A DNA stretch of 64,000 nt from the NCBI GenBank assembly GCA_965153355.1, contig OZ231126.1, positions 46,376,001 through 46,440,000 of the forward strand. The letters are read 5' to 3'. The DNA comes from Flaccisagitta enflata. Its lineage: Eukaryota. The translations under genes were made by a program, and so were the position numbers. Each line of letters begins with the position of its first letter. Within the stretch, counting starts at the first letter, position 1. Of the stretch, positions 60,986-64,000 are shown piece after piece. The notes beneath the pieces were generated by a model. It saw only the letters and a program-made list of their open reading frames with translations, searched no databases and was not told the DNA's origin.

Positions 60986-62332
60986 GTGGTCAGCAATAGC
61001 CGTTAACACAGGGGGCATTCTGCTTAATTGGGCTTGGGAGCACTATTGCACCACTGAATAACATAAAAAATTGACAAAAAATGAGAATTTCAATAATTTC
61101 CATTGAAAAAATGACAAAATGCAAAAGTTTCTATTGAATAGCATGGAAAATTGAAAAGAATTGAAAAAATGTGTAATCCCCGTTGAATAACATGGACAAT
61201 TGATGAAAAAAAGAAAAAAATGGGAGAATTCCCATTGAATAACATAGGAAATGGACAAGTAAATGAAAAAAATGAAGAATTCCCATTGAATAACATAGGA
61301 AATTGAAAAAGATAGACTTCCCATCGAATAGTATGGTAAATTGAAATGGCGGAGGGGGGGGGGGACAAACAAACGAATGAACGAATGAACGAACATACGA
61401 GTAAACGAATGAAAGTCCCCCTGTGTTCTACAGGACATCGTCCCCTTCGGGTCGCTGCCCAAAAAGGAGACATAGTTTATTTACAAGAGAAAAAATGCCA
61501 CTTTTGAAACACCCGCGATTGGAACATAACCCGATGAGTGCCTTTTCACATCGGATTTGTTCTCATCTTTCACGTTTCAAGTTTATCAAAAAGAAATGAT
61601 AAGAAAGGGAGTAAGATTTCATATCCGTTAAAGGCGGATTCTCGTTACGCTCGGGTTCGTTAACGTGGGGTGAGACTATAAATCCATTTTGATAAATGTT
61701 CCGATCCCTCCAATATTTGTTTACACATCCTAATGGTATTGCTCCCTCGAGTAGAAAACTCGATTTGGCACTGGCACTGGAGGACCGACCCCCAACTGAC
61801 AATCTGACCCATGCAGATGAAAGAATGTAAAAGAAAAATTAAAAACAAGTACCCCGGGGAGACAACGATGCGTCCACATGCGGCTTAGCTTGTTAAGAAT
61901 GATGCAATATTGCATCAACCTTGTGGAATGATGCAATAATGTTATATTTTGCATGATTTCCTTGAGTTTTCGCCATATATGACTCGTGCTGACGGACCAA
62001 CAGACCGATGGACGGATGGACAGACAAAGCCTCTTATAGAGATGCGTGGACGCATCTAAAAAAAGACAAAAGAAAAAAGTAATTGTGTATATCTTTTAGT
62101 TTCAAGAGAAGAAGATGGATTTTAAGTGCGGTGTTGTTTACCTTTCTTAGATTTGTAAGCACATCTCTGTGACCTCAGAAAAGAAATCCCCTTGAAAGTT
62201 TTTTTACGTCTGAATGGTATGAATTTGGAGAAGGTGTAATGTGACCCAGAAAATCCATTTAATTTTGTTTTATTCTATTTTAAAAAAAAAATTTTGAAAG
62301 AGAGATAGAGGGAGAGAGAGAAAGAGAAAGAG

Positions 62333-62410
<78 letters not shown>

Positions 62411-62450
62411 TGATTGACTGAGTGACTGGATGAAAAGAAAAAAAATTTTT

Positions 62451-62561
<111 letters not shown>

Positions 62562-62683
62562 TGATTGAATGACTGGATGAAAAGAAAGATAGAATCAGAA
62601 AGAAATTAATTGAAAGAACCAAAGGAGGAAATAACCAAAGAAAGAAAGAAGAGAGAAAGAAAGAAAAAAAGGAAGAGAGAGGA

Positions 62684-62731
<48 letters not shown>

Positions 62732-64000
62732 ATAAAAGAAAGAAAGAAAGAATAAAAGAAAGAAAAAAGATGGAAAGAAACAAAAGACAGAATGACAGAC
62801 TCGGATGTGTCAATATGCAAGTAATTTTTTGATGAGACCATCAATATAATAGAGCACAGGGTATTATAAATTCAAAATTTTTAAACACTTTTATTATTCA
62901 AATTCTATTTATTTTATTTGTTTTGAATTATTTTTAGCCATTAATTTGTATAAATAATAAGTATTAAATTATATGTTTTGCAATTCTATGTGCAAACACT
63001 GAAATAATATATATATAAAGATAATAAATTTTGAAATATAAAAAAAACGTTTATAGATTTGAATTTTATTTCTCTATCTTCCTCTTATGTTAATAATCTG
63101 ATCAAAAATACTTTTCCATAATGACACACCCGAACGGCAGAGGCAGAGACAGAGACAGAGAAAGTCACCAAAAAAAGGCTGTTTTTGAAATCTTGAGACA
63201 GATTTCTCCCAATTTTTCGCCGTCTTTTTCCGGCGATTTGTGGACTCTTCCGTCCAACGCGGAGACGACATCCGGGACTTGGAGACTAGTGGCCATCCAT
63301 TTCATTCCGCTCTCCACCTCCCTAAACTATTTGTTATCACGAACGGCTCAAAGGTCGTTAGAAATGAAAATATCGACTGTTTTTGCGGTTTTATTTGTCA
63401 ATTTCTGTCAAGGTCACACTCACAGAGAGCGGTCAAAGGTCGATCAAAATGAAATTGCGTTTAAAAAATACTTTAGAAGAGGTTCTAATATATACTCGTT
63501 AGAACAAACACGCGATACAAAACAAACAAATACAGAAATCATCTGTCCAAGTGTCAATCTTCAGAATTCATCTACACACTCAGCCTACAAAGCATACTGC
63601 GCAGTGACGGAACGTCGGGCGTATTCGTGGACTTTCAAGACCTTGTTGTGATTAAATTCTTTCATGGTTTCTCCTCGACTTGGACCATTTTCTGACATAA
63701 GACGCGGTTCTTTTGAGCGCGAGATTTTGACTGCCACGTGCAGTAAAAAATCAATATAAAACAATGACAAAATTAATGATGGTTTTGGGTAATAACATAT
63801 TTGTGTAATATATTTAAAAAAAAATTAATGCAAAATCTTGTATCATTTAGCTAATATAGCTAAAAATACTAAAAATTAATATTTTTTTTTAAATAAGTTG
63901 TTTATCATTTTTTTTTGTTTCATTTCCATTAGTAAGTATGTTATAATGATAAATATCATTTTTTTAAAGTATATTCAATGTATTTTAAAAAAAAATATTA

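Noticed and set aside
63121-63651. 176-aa ORF
   Set aside because: No recognisable motif or convincing splice structure, and it includes simple-repeat sequence; possibly UTR or regulatory DNA.

Overview
Repeat-rich animal (invertebrate-like) genomic DNA with spliceosomal introns and two 10-N assembly gaps (44544-44553, 50325-50334). The minus strand carries three tightly packed genes that the ORF track mostly misses. In transcription order they are: a divergent SmG/SNRPG-like gene (exons 11572-11447, 5403-5293); selenophosphate synthetase SPS2 (5 exons, 5037-1076) with an in-frame UGA/Sec codon and a well-formed SECIS at 855-776; and a HAD-IIA phosphatase (717 to the window edge). Gaps are only 255 and 358 nt, with unpaired splice acceptors just before the downstream ATGs, which suggests an SL-trans-spliced operon. 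On the plus strand are the 3' exon of an sFRP1/2/5-like gene (its 5' exon was not found, so the operon may be nested in its intron), an intronless UBE2L3, a two-exon UXS1 and a CFAP97D2-like gene. A GC-rich, frameshifted orphan ORF lies at 20887-22660. The rest is TA-, TTAA- and 8-bp-TSD MITEs, a 3.2-kb foldback element, DINE-1/HINE-like elements, microsatellites and a 1.2-1.5 kb tandem duplication. All homology calls come from motif recognition by eye; no database search was run.
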